The position numbers and the translations under genes are program-made. From assembly GCA_035552295.1 (NCBI GenBank), contig DASZLQ010000006.1:3735-67734 (forward strand): a stretch of 64,000 bases of DNA, given 5' to 3'. Within the stretch, counting starts at the first letter, position 1. Each line of letters begins with the position of its first letter. Positions 28,753 through 37,812 of this stretch are shown in pieces. A model generated the notes under the pieces. That model was not told where the DNA came from and ran no database searches. It was given only the letters and a program-made list of their open reading frames with translations. This stretch comes from Mycobacterium sp. (lineage in GTDB: Bacteria; Actinomycetota; Actinomycetes; Mycobacteriales; Mycobacteriaceae).

Positions 28753-30453
28753 GTGCGTTGGACCCGGCCGGGGTACGCGCTGCTGTTGGCGCTCCTGGTG
28801 GTTGGGCCGCTACTGAAGCCCGGATACCTGCTGCTGCGCGACGCGGTGTCGACGCCACAGTCCTATCTGTCCGATAGCGCGCTGGGGTTGACGGCGGCGC
28901 CGCGGGCGACACCGCAAGATTTCGCGGTGGCCCTGGCCTCACATGTGGTCGACGGCGGTGTGGTGGCGAAGGCGCTGCTCGTCGTGGGCCTGTGGCTCGC
29001 TGGATGGGGTGCGGCCCGGCTCGTCGTTACGGCACTGCCCTGCGCGGGCGCGGCCGGCCAGTTCGTCGCGATCACGCTGGCGATCTGGAATCCCTATGTC
29101 GCCGAACGGCTCCTGCAGGGTCATTGGAGCCTGCTGGTCGGCTACGGCTGCCTGCCATGGGTTGCGACCGCCATGCTCAAGCTGCGCGCGGATGACGCCG
29201 GCTGGCTGGGGGTTTTCGGCTTGGCCTGCTGGTTCGCGGTGGCCGGGCTCACCCCGACCGGGCTGCTGCTCGCCGCGACGGTTGCGCTGGTCTGCGTGAC
29301 CGCACCCGGTGCGGGCCGGCCCCGTTGGCTGTGCGCCGCGGTGACCTTGAGCGCTGCGCTGGTGGCGGCGCTGCCCTGGTTGACGGCATCGGTGCTGGGT
29401 TCGTCGTTGACCAGCCACACCGCGGCGAACCCGCTGGGGGTGAACGCGTTCGCGCCACGCGCCGAGCCCGGGCTTGGCACGCTTTTCAGCCTGGCCAGTC
29501 TGGGCGGGATCTGGAATGGCGAAGCCGTACCCGCTTCGCGGACAACGCTTTTCGCGGTGTCGTCAGCCCTGGTGCTGCTGGGAGTCGTGGTGGCCGGGCT
29601 GCCGGCAGTGGCGCGTCGTCGGGCGGTGGTGCCGCTGCTGGTGCTCGGGGCGGTGTCGGTGCTAGTGCCCGCCGCGCTGGCGACCGGTCCCGGCCTACAC
29701 GTGCTGCGCGCGGTGGTTGACGCGGCGCCCGGGTTCGGGGTGCTGCGCGACGGGCAGAAGTGGGTGGCGCTGGCGATGCCCGGATACACGTTGGCGGGTG
29801 CCGGCGCGGTGGTGACGCTGCGCCGCTGGCTGCGGCCGGCACAGACGGCGCTGGTCTGCTGCCTCGCGTTGATCCTGGCGCTGCCCGACCTGGCCTGGGG
29901 CGTGTGGGGCAAGGTTGAGCCGGTGCACTATCCGCCCGGGTGGGCCGCCGTGGCGTCGGCGATCAACGCGGACCCGAGGACCGTCGCCGTATTGCCCGCG
30001 GGCACCATGCGCCGCTTCGTGTGGTCCGGTCCGGCACCGGTGCTCGATCCGCTGCCCCGCTGGGTGCGTGCCGACGTGCTCACCACCGGTGACCTGGCCA
30101 TTTCCGGGATGACCGTTCCTGGGGAGGGCAATCACGCCCGGGCGATACAGGATTTGCTGCTGAGCGGGCCGGATCCTTCCGTGCTGGCCCCGGCCGGCGT
30201 CGGGTGGTTGGTCGTCGAATCGGACAGCGCCGGTGACATGGGTGCGGCCGCCCGCACCCTCGACGCGCTATCGCCGGTCTACCGCGACGACGACCTCGCT
30301 CTATATCGAATCCGCGGCGACACCGCCGGTGCATCTGCCGGCGGCCGCCAAGCGACGGTGATCGCGCATCTGGCGTGGCTGGCCCTCTTGGTCGTGGGTG
30401 CCGGTGGCGCCGTCTTCACGGCGGCGCGGCGCTCCGCTACACCACGCCGCTGA
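28753..30453 (+). CDS. Polytopic membrane protein (Rv0226c-like, GT-C-like)
   Basis: LLRDAVSTP, WNPYVAERLLQGHWSLL, RDGQKW; synteny. Confidence 0.85.
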   Translation: MRWTRPGYALLLALLVVGPLLKPGYLLLRDAVSTPQSYLSDSALGLTAAPRATPQDFAVALASHVVDGGVVAKALLVVGLWLAGWGAARLVVTALPCAGAAGQFVAITLAIWNPYVAERLLQGHWSLLVGYGCLPWVATAMLKLRADDAGWLGVFGLACWFAVAGLTPTGLLLAATVALVCVTAPGAGRPRWLCAAVTLSAALVAALPWLTASVLGSSLTSHTAANPLGVNAFAPRAEPGLGTLFSLASLGGIWNGEAVPASRTTLFAVSSALVLLGVVVAGLPAVARRRAVVPLLVLGAVSVLVPAALATGPGLHVLRAVVDAAPGFGVLRDGQKWVALAMPGYTLAGAGAVVTLRRWLRPAQTALVCCLALILALPDLAWGVWGKVEPVHYPPGWAAVASAINADPRTVAVLPAGTMRRFVWSGPAPVLDPLPRWVRADVLTTGDLAISGMTVPGEGNHARAIQDLLLSGPDPSVLAPAGVGWLVVESDSAGDMGAAARTLDALSPVYRDDDLALYRIRGDTAGASAGGRQATVIAHLAWLALLVVGAGGAVFTAARRSATPRR

Positions 30454-31591
30454 CGAAGTGGCCGGCTCGCACCGCTTCCAGCACGCTGCGCATCGCATCG
30501 GCGCTTTGCGTCCAGGAGAACTCTCCGCTGCGCGTTTGCGCCTTCACGCCGAGTTGGTCACGCAGTACGGGATCGGACAGCAGCTGCTCCAGCCGATCCA
30601 CCAGCTCGGCGCGCGTGTCCGCCAACATCCCGGTCACCCCGTCGACGATCGAGTCGGACAGTCCCCCGGAGGATCGGTAGCCGATGGTGGGCACCCGGTG
30701 CTGGGCCGCCTCGATGACAGCAAGGCCCCAGCCCTCCTTGCGCGAAGGCAGCACATGCACCCACGAGCTTTGCAGCACATGGTGTTTGGTCACGTCGTCG
30801 ACGTGGCCGTGGAAGGTCACCGAGCCGGAAATGCCGAGCGCGTGCACGTGGTCGACGAGTCGCTGCCGCCACCAGCCGTCGCCGACGATGTCGAGATGCA
30901 GGCCCGGTATCCGCGGCCGCAGCTGCGCGACGATGTCCAGTGCATCCTCGATCTGCTTGTGCGGCACCAGCCGCGACAGCACGACGACTCGCGGCGCGGC
31001 CGCGCGCGGGCCGGACAACGACTGCGCCGGCGCCTCGTCCAAACCGTTGCGCACCACCGCGATCCGTTCGTTGTCCACACCAAGGGCGACCAGATCACGA
31101 GCCGACGGCAGCGACACCGTCAGGTACTGGTTGCGCCGGTTCACCCGGGGCGACAGCGTCGACTCGACAAACCAGCCCAGCCGGCCGAGCACCGGCCCGG
31201 CCACCGGCCACTGCTCGCGATGGCAATGGTGCACCAGCACCACTACCCGCCGGCCGTGGAGCAGCCGGGCAAGAAACGGCAACCCGTTTTGCGTATCGAC
31301 GACCACGTCGGGGCGCACGCGGCGCAGCGGCCCGAGCCCGAGCCGGGCTACGGCCATCGCCAGCAACGCCCACACATATACCGAGTAGCGTCCACCGGCG
31401 CGGCTGATCCGCACGCCGTCGACAACCTCATGTCGTGGCGCACCGGGATAGCGAGCGGTGCGCAGGGTGACAGCTACCCCGGATGCGGCCAGCTGCGCGC
31501 CGATGCGCTGCAAGTAGGCTTCGCTGCCGCCGCCCTGTGGGTGTCCGGTGTCGCGCCAGCACAACAGCAGCACCGAGCGCAGACCAGACAT
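30437..31591 (-). CDS. GT4 glycosyltransferase (Rv0225-like)
   Basis: GGSE, SRLVPHK, EGWGLAVIEA; start at MSGLRSV. Confidence 0.9.
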   Translation of the reverse strand: MSGLRSVLLLCWRDTGHPQGGGSEAYLQRIGAQLAASGVAVTLRTARYPGAPRHEVVDGVRISRAGGRYSVYVWALLAMAVARLGLGPLRRVRPDVVVDTQNGLPFLARLLHGRRVVVLVHHCHREQWPVAGPVLGRLGWFVESTLSPRVNRRNQYLTVSLPSARDLVALGVDNERIAVVRNGLDEAPAQSLSGPRAAAPRVVVLSRLVPHKQIEDALDIVAQLRPRIPGLHLDIVGDGWWRQRLVDHVHALGISGSVTFHGHVDDVTKHHVLQSSWVHVLPSRKEGWGLAVIEAAQHRVPTIGYRSSGGLSDSIVDGVTGMLADTRAELVDRLEQLLSDPVLRDQLGVKAQTRSGEFSWTQSADAMRSVLEAVRAGHFVSGVV

Positions 31592-31632
31592 CGCTGAACA
31601 GCCTAGCGGTCGCGGCCGTAGGGTTGGCCGGT

Positions 31633-32400
31633 GTGGCCGTGACCGACGTGTTCGCGCAGCGGGCAACACTGAGCCGCTCGTTGCGGCTGCTGTCGGAATT
31701 CCGCTACGAGCAGCGGGACCCGGCCAGGTTCTACGGCGCGCTGGCGGTCGATACGGCGGCGATGGTCGGTGATCTTTGGCAAGGCTTCCACGGCGCGCCC
31801 CCAGTCGGCCGTAGCCTGCTCGATGTCGGCGGTGGGCCCGGATACTTCGCGACGGCGTTCGCAAATGCCGGGCTCCGGTATATCGGTGTCGAACCCGATC
31901 CGAGTGAGATGCACTCCGCCTCAACGGATTTCACGGCAGGCCAGGGATGGTTCGTCCGAGCGTCGGGCATGGCGCTCCCGTTTGCCGATGACTCGGTGGA
32001 CATCTGCTTGTCGTCCAACGTCGCCGAGCACGTGCCGCGGCCGTGGCAGCTCGGCGGTGAGATGCTGCGGGTGACCAAGCCGGGCGGACTGGTGGTGCTG
32101 TCCTACACCGTCTGGCTGGGCCCATTCGGTGGGCACGAGATGGGGTTGAGCCACTACCTGGGCGGCGAGCGCGCCGCCGCTCGCTATGCCCGCAAACACG
32201 GTCATCCGGCCAAAAACGACTACGGGTCGTCGTTGTTCGCGGTGTCCGCCGCGGAGGGGCTGACCTGGGCGGCCAGTACCGGTGCGGCGGTCGCCCCATT
32301 TCCCCGCTACCACCCCCGATGGGCGTGGTGGCTGACGTCGGTGCCGGTGCTGCGTGAGTTCCTGGTGAGCAATCTCGTGCTGGCGCTCCGGCCGCGCTAA
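31633..32400 (+). CDS. mtrP: Class I SAM-dependent methyltransferase MtrP (Rv0224c-like)
   Basis: LLDVGGGPG, SNVAEHV; TAGGGT -10 just upstream of GTG; synteny. Confidence 0.82.
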   Translation: MAVTDVFAQRATLSRSLRLLSEFRYEQRDPARFYGALAVDTAAMVGDLWQGFHGAPPVGRSLLDVGGGPGYFATAFANAGLRYIGVEPDPSEMHSASTDFTAGQGWFVRASGMALPFADDSVDICLSSNVAEHVPRPWQLGGEMLRVTKPGGLVVLSYTVWLGPFGGHEMGLSHYLGGERAAARYARKHGHPAKNDYGSSLFAVSAAEGLTWAASTGAAVAPFPRYHPRWAWWLTSVPVLREFLVSNLVLALRPR

Positions 32401-32419
32401 CCGGCCGTGAATAGGCGAC

Positions 32420-32433
32420 TGGAACATGTTCTC
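32420..32433. promoter_or_regulatory. KstR-like operator TGGAACATGTTCTC
   Basis: Matches TnnAACnnGTTnnA except the last base; upstream of the Rv0223c orthologue, recalled as a KstR regulon member. Confidence 0.6.
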
Positions 32434-32463
32434 GTTTTGCTTCGGCTTGGGTAGGGTTGCGCC

Positions 32464-33930
32464 ATGGGCGACATTAAGACCGAATACGACAAGCTTTTCA
32501 TCGGCGGCAAATGGACCGAGCCGTCGACCTCCGAAATCATCGAGGTGCACTGTCCGGCCACCGGCGACTATGTCGGCAAGGTGCCGATGGCGGCGGCGGC
32601 CGACGTTGACGCCGCGGTCGCCGCGGCCCGCGCCGCATTCGACCACGGCCCCTGGCCCACGACCCCGCCGAAGGAGCGTGCGGCCGTCATCGCGGGCGCG
32701 CTCAAGTTGCTCGAGGAGCGCAAGGACACCTTCGCCAAGCTGCTCGCCGACGAGACCGGTCAGCCGCCGACCACCGTCGAAACGATGCACTGGATGGGCT
32801 CGATGGGGGCGATGAACTTCTTCGCCGGCCCCGCCGTCGACCAGATCAAGTGGCGGGAGATCCGTAACGGCGCCTACGGGCAGACGATCGTCCATCGCGA
32901 GCCGATCGGTGTGGTTGGCGCAATCGTGGCATGGAACGTGCCGCTGTTCCTGGCGGTCAACAAGCTGGGCCCGGCACTGCTGGCCGGCTGCACGGTAGTG
33001 CTCAAGCCGGCAGCGGAAACACCTTTGACCGCAAACGCTTTGGCGGAGGTGTTCGCCGAAGCCGGCCTGCCCGAGGGCGTGCTGTCCGTGGTGCCCGGCG
33101 GAATCGAGACCGGGCAAGCGCTGACGTCGAACCCCGACGTCGACCTATTCACCTTCACCGGTAGCTCGGCCGTCGGCAAGGAGATCGGTCGGCGCGCCGC
33201 CGACCTGCTCAAGCCGTGCACCCTGGAGCTCGGCGGGAAATCGGCAGCTATCGTCCTCGAGGATGTCGACCTGGCCGCCGCAGTCCCGATGATGGTGTTC
33301 TCCGGGATCATGAACACCGGGCAGGCCTGTGTTGGCCAGACCCGGATCCTGGCGCCACGCTCGCGGTACGACGAAATCGTCGACGCGGTAAGCGCTTTCG
33401 TACAGGCGCTACCGGTCGGGCCGCCGTCGGACCCCGCCGCCCAGATCGGGTCGCTGATCTCGGAGAAGCAACGCGCACGGGTCGAGGGCTACATCGCCAA
33501 GGGCGTCGACGAAGGCGCCCGGCTGGTGTGCGGCGGCGGCCGCCCCGAGGGTCTGGACAAGGGCTTCTTCGTGCAACCCGCGGTCTTCGCCGATGTCGAC
33601 AACAAGATGACGATCGCCCAGGAGGAGATCTTCGGACCAGTGCTCAGCATCATCCCCTACGACACCGAGGAGGACGCGATCAAGATCGCCAACGACTCAG
33701 TGTATGGCCTGGCCGGCAGCGTGTGGACGTCCGACATCCCCAAAGGCATCGAGATCTCGGAGAAGATTCGCACCGGTACGTACGCGATCAACTGGTACGC
33801 CTTTGATCCCTGCTGCCCGTTCGGCGGCTACAAGAACTCGGGTATCGGCCGGGAGAACGGCCCGGAGGGCGTCGAGCACTTCACGCAGCAGAAGAGCGTG
33901 CTGATGCCGATGGGCTATACCGCCGAATGA
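32464..33930 (+). CDS. Aldehyde dehydrogenase (Rv0223c-like)
   Basis: AWNVP, FTGS, LELGGKS, GQAC, EEIFGP. Confidence 0.93.
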   Translation: MGDIKTEYDKLFIGGKWTEPSTSEIIEVHCPATGDYVGKVPMAAAADVDAAVAAARAAFDHGPWPTTPPKERAAVIAGALKLLEERKDTFAKLLADETGQPPTTVETMHWMGSMGAMNFFAGPAVDQIKWREIRNGAYGQTIVHREPIGVVGAIVAWNVPLFLAVNKLGPALLAGCTVVLKPAAETPLTANALAEVFAEAGLPEGVLSVVPGGIETGQALTSNPDVDLFTFTGSSAVGKEIGRRAADLLKPCTLELGGKSAAIVLEDVDLAAAVPMMVFSGIMNTGQACVGQTRILAPRSRYDEIVDAVSAFVQALPVGPPSDPAAQIGSLISEKQRARVEGYIAKGVDEGARLVCGGGRPEGLDKGFFVQPAVFADVDNKMTIAQEEIFGPVLSIIPYDTEEDAIKIANDSVYGLAGSVWTSDIPKGIEISEKIRTGTYAINWYAFDPCCPFGGYKNSGIGRENGPEGVEHFTQQKSVLMPMGYTAE

Positions 33931-33941
33931 GGCTCGTGCCT

Positions 33942-33997
33942 CGAGCGTGAACTCACGGCGAAAAAGTCGCCAAAATCTCGCCGTGAGTTCACGTTCG
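33942..33997. repeat. REP-like palindrome / bidirectional terminator
   Basis: Perfect 16-bp arms CGTGAACTCACGGCGA (33946-33961) and TCGCCGTGAGTTCACG (33978-33993) between convergent genes. Confidence 0.85.
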
Positions 33998-34007
33998 GCG
34001 TTTGGTA

Positions 34008-34808
34008 CTAGCGCCCCTGGAAGCGGGCCTGCCGTCGTTCGATAAACGACTGCACGCCCTCGGCGGCGTCCTCGCTGGCGAACAGCTCGACGATGGCGGG
34101 GCGTAGCTGCTCGATGGCGGCCGTCTCGCCTTCGCTACGGGCCAGGTGCGCCGAGGCAAGCGTGGCCCGCACACCCAGGGGTGCGGCGCGGTCGGCGATG
34201 GTGTGCGCGATCTCGCGCGCCCTGGCCAAAGCCGCCGCCGGATCGTCGGCCACTTCCTGGACCAGCCCGATGCGGTGCGCCTCGGCGGCGTCGAACTCGT
34301 CGCCGGTGAGCAGCCAGCGCATGGCGTTGCCCCACCCCGCCTCGCGCGGAAGGCGGATCGTCGCGCCGCCGAAGGGGTAGATCCCCCGCTGCACCTCGAG
34401 CTGGGTGAATCGGGTTCTGGCCGCCGCAATGCGAATTTCGGCGGCCAGCAGCAATTCGATGCCTAGCGTCATGCACCAGCCTTGCGCCACGGCGACCAGT
34501 GGTGTGGTCCATGCGCCGTCCAGCCGCCACGGGTCCCGGCCGTCGTCCGGCAATGGGCTCTGTCCCGTCGCGATACCCGGGCCGACGTCGACGAGGTCCA
34601 GACCGGCGGTGAAGTGGTCGCCGTGCGCGAACAGCACGCCTGCCCACACCGACGGGTCGGATTCCAGCACCGCGTAGGCGCGGGCCAGGTCCGCCAGCAT
34701 CGCCCGGTCAAACGAGTTGCGTTTATGCGGCCGGTTCAGGCCGATCAGCAGAACATGTCCATCGCGCTCGAGGGACACGGTGTCGAGCTTCGGTAACGCC
34801 ATCGTCAA
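34008..34808 (-). CDS. Crotonase/enoyl-CoA hydratase family protein
   Basis: LNRPHKRNSF, FTAGLDL, GIEL, LEVQRGIYPFGG. Confidence 0.92.
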   Translation of the reverse strand: MTMALPKLDTVSLERDGHVLLIGLNRPHKRNSFDRAMLADLARAYAVLESDPSVWAGVLFAHGDHFTAGLDLVDVGPGIATGQSPLPDDGRDPWRLDGAWTTPLVAVAQGWCMTLGIELLLAAEIRIAAARTRFTQLEVQRGIYPFGGATIRLPREAGWGNAMRWLLTGDEFDAAEAHRIGLVQEVADDPAAALARAREIAHTIADRAAPLGVRATLASAHLARSEGETAAIEQLRPAIVELFASEDAAEGVQSFIERRQARFQGR

Positions 34809-34830
34809 AGTGAAACGCAGGCGGAGAAAT

Positions 34831-34846
34831 TATGCAATAGAGCATA
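34831..34846. promoter_or_regulatory. Candidate operator TATG-N8-CATA (site 1)
   Basis: AT-rich palindrome; the same pattern recurs at 34962-34977. Confidence 0.5.
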
Positions 34847-34961
34847 GAAACCTGATCGTAACGTTCCCGCTGAGCAGGATCGTTGGCGGCGCCCACGCCC
34901 CATTGGCCGTGTTACTCGGCTTACTTAGGGAATGAAACTTGCTTACTTGACCGATGTCTTA

Positions 34962-34977
34962 TATGGTTCTCAGCATA
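34962..34977. promoter_or_regulatory. Candidate operator TATG-N8-CATA (site 2)
   Basis: Upstream of the small ORF-TetR unit. Confidence 0.5.
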
Positions 34978-35009
34978 ATCATGGGCCGCGCACAGGCCAG
35001 GAGAAAATC

Positions 35010-35141
35010 ATGTGGATCATTGAGCTCAACGTTGCTGGCTATCAGTTCACCCGCGAGATGCCCGACCTGAAGCGCGGGCCATTCCGGTTCAGCCCCCGCA
35101 ACATGCACTGGCCGGTACCGCGGCACTCGCACGCTGCATGA
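35010..35141 (+). CDS. Small hypothetical protein, 43 aa
   Basis: AGGAGA RBS; ATGA overlap with the TetR start. Confidence 0.6.
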   Translation: MWIIELNVAGYQFTREMPDLKRGPFRFSPRNMHWPVPRHSHAA

Positions 35142-35800
35142 CGCCGGCCAGAGGAGGTACGACAGTGCCGACTGTCACCGACACGATGCGGGGCACTGCT
35201 CCGACTAAGCGCTGCGATACCAAGAAGAAGATGCTGATCAGTGCCGCCGAGGTAATGCGCGAGCGCGGAGCCGCCGGGGTGACGATCGACGAGGTGCTCG
35301 CCCGCAGCGGCGCGCCACGCGGCTCGGTGTACTACCACTTCCCCGAGGGCCGCAACCAAATTCTGACGGAGGCGCTCCGGTACTCCGGTGATTCCATGAC
35401 AGCCATGATTGATGACGCCGCCGGCTGGGGCGCCAAGGCCCTGCTCCGCGAGTTCATCGAGTTCTGGGAACGCTTGCTGACCGACGGCGACTTCACCGCG
35501 GGCTGCCCGGTGGTGGCAGCGGCCATCGGCTCCGACGCCGACGAACCCAAGCTTTCCGCCGAGGCCGGCGTCATCTTGGGCCGCTGGTGCACCGCCTTGA
35601 CCCAGGCCTTCGCCAACGACGGCTTCAACGACGACGACGCCGCGTCGCTGGCGGTGATGTCGATCGCCGCTCTGGAAGGTGCGATCGTGCTGTCCCGCTC
35701 GACGCGGTGCGTGCGACCGCTGAGCCAGGTTGCTGAGCAGCTCGAATTCCTAATCAAAGCAAGGGAATTCGTCAGTCGAAACGAAATTCCCGGCACGTAG
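35138..35800 (+). CDS. TetR-family regulator (LmrA/YxaF-like)
   Basis: TIDEVLARSGAPRGSVYYHFPEG; AGCPV; LEGA. Confidence 0.9.
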   Translation: MTPARGGTTVPTVTDTMRGTAPTKRCDTKKKMLISAAEVMRERGAAGVTIDEVLARSGAPRGSVYYHFPEGRNQILTEALRYSGDSMTAMIDDAAGWGAKALLREFIEFWERLLTDGDFTAGCPVVAAAIGSDADEPKLSAEAGVILGRWCTALTQAFANDGFNDDDAASLAVMSIAALEGAIVLSRSTRCVRPLSQVAEQLEFLIKAREFVSRNEIPGT

Positions 35801-35807
35801 CCGACTC

Positions 35808-36104
35808 TTAGTCGCTGGCCGGCAGCGGCTTGACCTCTTTGAGCTGAAGGGCGGTCTGGCCGACGCTCAGGCTTCCCTCGCCCGGCTTGGTCACCAGCAC
35901 CTCGGCGGCGGTTTCGTCGACATAACGCTTGCCCATCACAGTGCCATCGGAGAATGCCGGGTCGAGTTCGCCCGACCGCTCGGCGCCGATGGCCACCATT
36001 GGCACACCACCGCAACGCAGGTCGTCAAGGCTGTCGGCACTTCTGACGACGATGACCTGGGTGTCACACACCTGACTGGCCAGGCGGGTTCCGTTCTTGA
36101 TCAT
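35808..36104 (-). CDS. Small hypothetical protein with internal two-fold repeat, 98 aa
   Basis: AGAGGA RBS; downstream of the acyl-CoA ligase; C-terminal KPLPASD. Confidence 0.8.
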   Translation of the reverse strand: MIKNGTRLASQVCDTQVIVVRSADSLDDLRCGGVPMVAIGAERSGELDPAFSDGTVMGKRYVDETAAEVLVTKPGEGSLSVGQTALQLKEVKPLPASD

Positions 36105-36121
36105 GATTTTTTGTCCTCTGC

Positions 36122-37630
36122 TTACTGCTCGGCCGGTGCGGCACGCAGCTCTTCGACAATGTCCCGGCGAAGTACCTTGCCCGTGGTCGTGGTTGGCAAC
36201 TCGTCGCGAAAGACTACCCGGTCTGGAGTGCGCGACCCGCGCAAAGTTTTACGGACATACTCGCGGAGTTCTTCGGGGTCCGGGTCGCAGCCGGCCGCCG
36301 GCACCACCACCGCGATGATCGCCTGACCCCACTGCGGATCCTCGACACCGACCACGGCGACATCGCGAACCTGCGGGTGCTCGATCAGCACGTCCTCCAG
36401 TTCGGCGGGCGCAATGTTCTCGCCGCCGCGGATGATGGTGTCGTCGCTGCGACCTCCGATAAACAGGTAGCCGTCCTCGTCGAGGGTGGCGATGTCCCTC
36501 GTTGAGAACCAGCCGTTCTCGTCCAGCACCGAGCCGATCCCGGTGTAGCGGCCGGAGACCTGCTCACCGCGCACGAACAACTCACCGGTTTCGCCCGGCC
36601 CGAGCACCTTGCCGTCCCCGTCGCGGATCTGCAGTTCGATGCCCGGCACCGCCTGTCCGACCGACCCCAACCGCTTGGCAACGTTGGTCGCCGATGCGGA
36701 CTGTGCCTCGCGGTGGTCGTCGGGGGTCAGCACCGTGATCGTCGAACTGGTCTCCGTCAGCCCGTAAGCGTTGACGAAGCCCACATCCGGCAAGAGTTCG
36801 AGTGCGCGGCGGACCAGCGGCAGCCCCACCTTCGAGCCGCCGTAGGCAAGGTTGCGCAGCGATGGCAGCTCATGGCCGCCGCTCTGCAGCACCGCGACGA
36901 TTCGGTCCAGCATGGTGGGCACCACCGTCGCGGTGGTCACGTGTTCGGCGTTGATCAGCCGCACCCATTCGTCGGCATCGAAGCTGGGCAGGTAGACCAT
37001 CTTGCGGCCGGCGTACAGGTTGGACAACGCGGCGCTGATCCCGGCGATGTGATACGGCGGCACGCAGATCAGCGCGGCATCGGTCGGCGCCGCCGACTCG
37101 AATTCGACCGTGCCGGTCACATAGCTGGTCAGGTTGTTGTGCGAGAGTTCGACGGCCTTGGGCTGCGACGTGGTGCCGGACGTGAACAACACAATCGCGA
37201 CGGAGTCCGGGTCGGGAAACTCCACTTCAAAGTCAGAGGCCTCGCTGCTACGCGCGGCCGTCAGGAATTCGTCGGTGGTCATCAGGCGCTGCGACGCATC
37301 GCCGAGCATCTGCCGGTAGCGGCTATCGACGATCACCACCGGATCGGGCAGCCGTTTGATCAAGCTCTGGATACCGTCAGCAGAAAGCCGGTAATTGAGC
37401 GGGGTGAAGGGCAACCCGGCCCGCGCCGCGGCGAAGATCAGCAGCGGCAGCATCGCGCCACCGGTCCCCACGTAGACCACGTGCTTGGCGCCGGATCTCG
37501 CGAGGACGCCCGCGCCGCCGTCGGCAAGATCGCTGAGCTGCTGCGTGGTTAGGCGCACGTCGTCGGACACGACGGCCGTGCGATCGAGGTTGCTCGACGC
37601 AGCCATCTCAAGCAGCAACGAAATGCTCAT
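36122..37630 (-). CDS. AMP-dependent acyl-CoA synthetase
   Basis: FTSGTTSQPK, YGLTE, TRD, GGENIAP, TGK; start at MSISLLL. Confidence 0.92.
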   Translation of the reverse strand: MSISLLLEMAASSNLDRTAVVSDDVRLTTQQLSDLADGGAGVLARSGAKHVVYVGTGGAMLPLLIFAAARAGLPFTPLNYRLSADGIQSLIKRLPDPVVIVDSRYRQMLGDASQRLMTTDEFLTAARSSEASDFEVEFPDPDSVAIVLFTSGTTSQPKAVELSHNNLTSYVTGTVEFESAAPTDAALICVPPYHIAGISAALSNLYAGRKMVYLPSFDADEWVRLINAEHVTTATVVPTMLDRIVAVLQSGGHELPSLRNLAYGGSKVGLPLVRRALELLPDVGFVNAYGLTETSSTITVLTPDDHREAQSASATNVAKRLGSVGQAVPGIELQIRDGDGKVLGPGETGELFVRGEQVSGRYTGIGSVLDENGWFSTRDIATLDEDGYLFIGGRSDDTIIRGGENIAPAELEDVLIEHPQVRDVAVVGVEDPQWGQAIIAVVVPAAGCDPDPEELREYVRKTLRGSRTPDRVVFRDELPTTTTGKVLRRDIVEELRAAPAEQ

Positions 37631-37812
37631 CCTCGATCCTTCTGGGGATCCCCACCACTTTACAAACTGAGGCCATAGTGTAACCGACACCGGAGGTGGG
37701 TTGCCGAGCACGGTCGGGTTATCCCAGCAGCGCGCTGGAGGCGTCAATAGCCGCTTCCCTAGCAAGATGCTGAGCCCCATCGCGGATGGGCAACAAAAGG
37801 CTTCGTCAGGGA

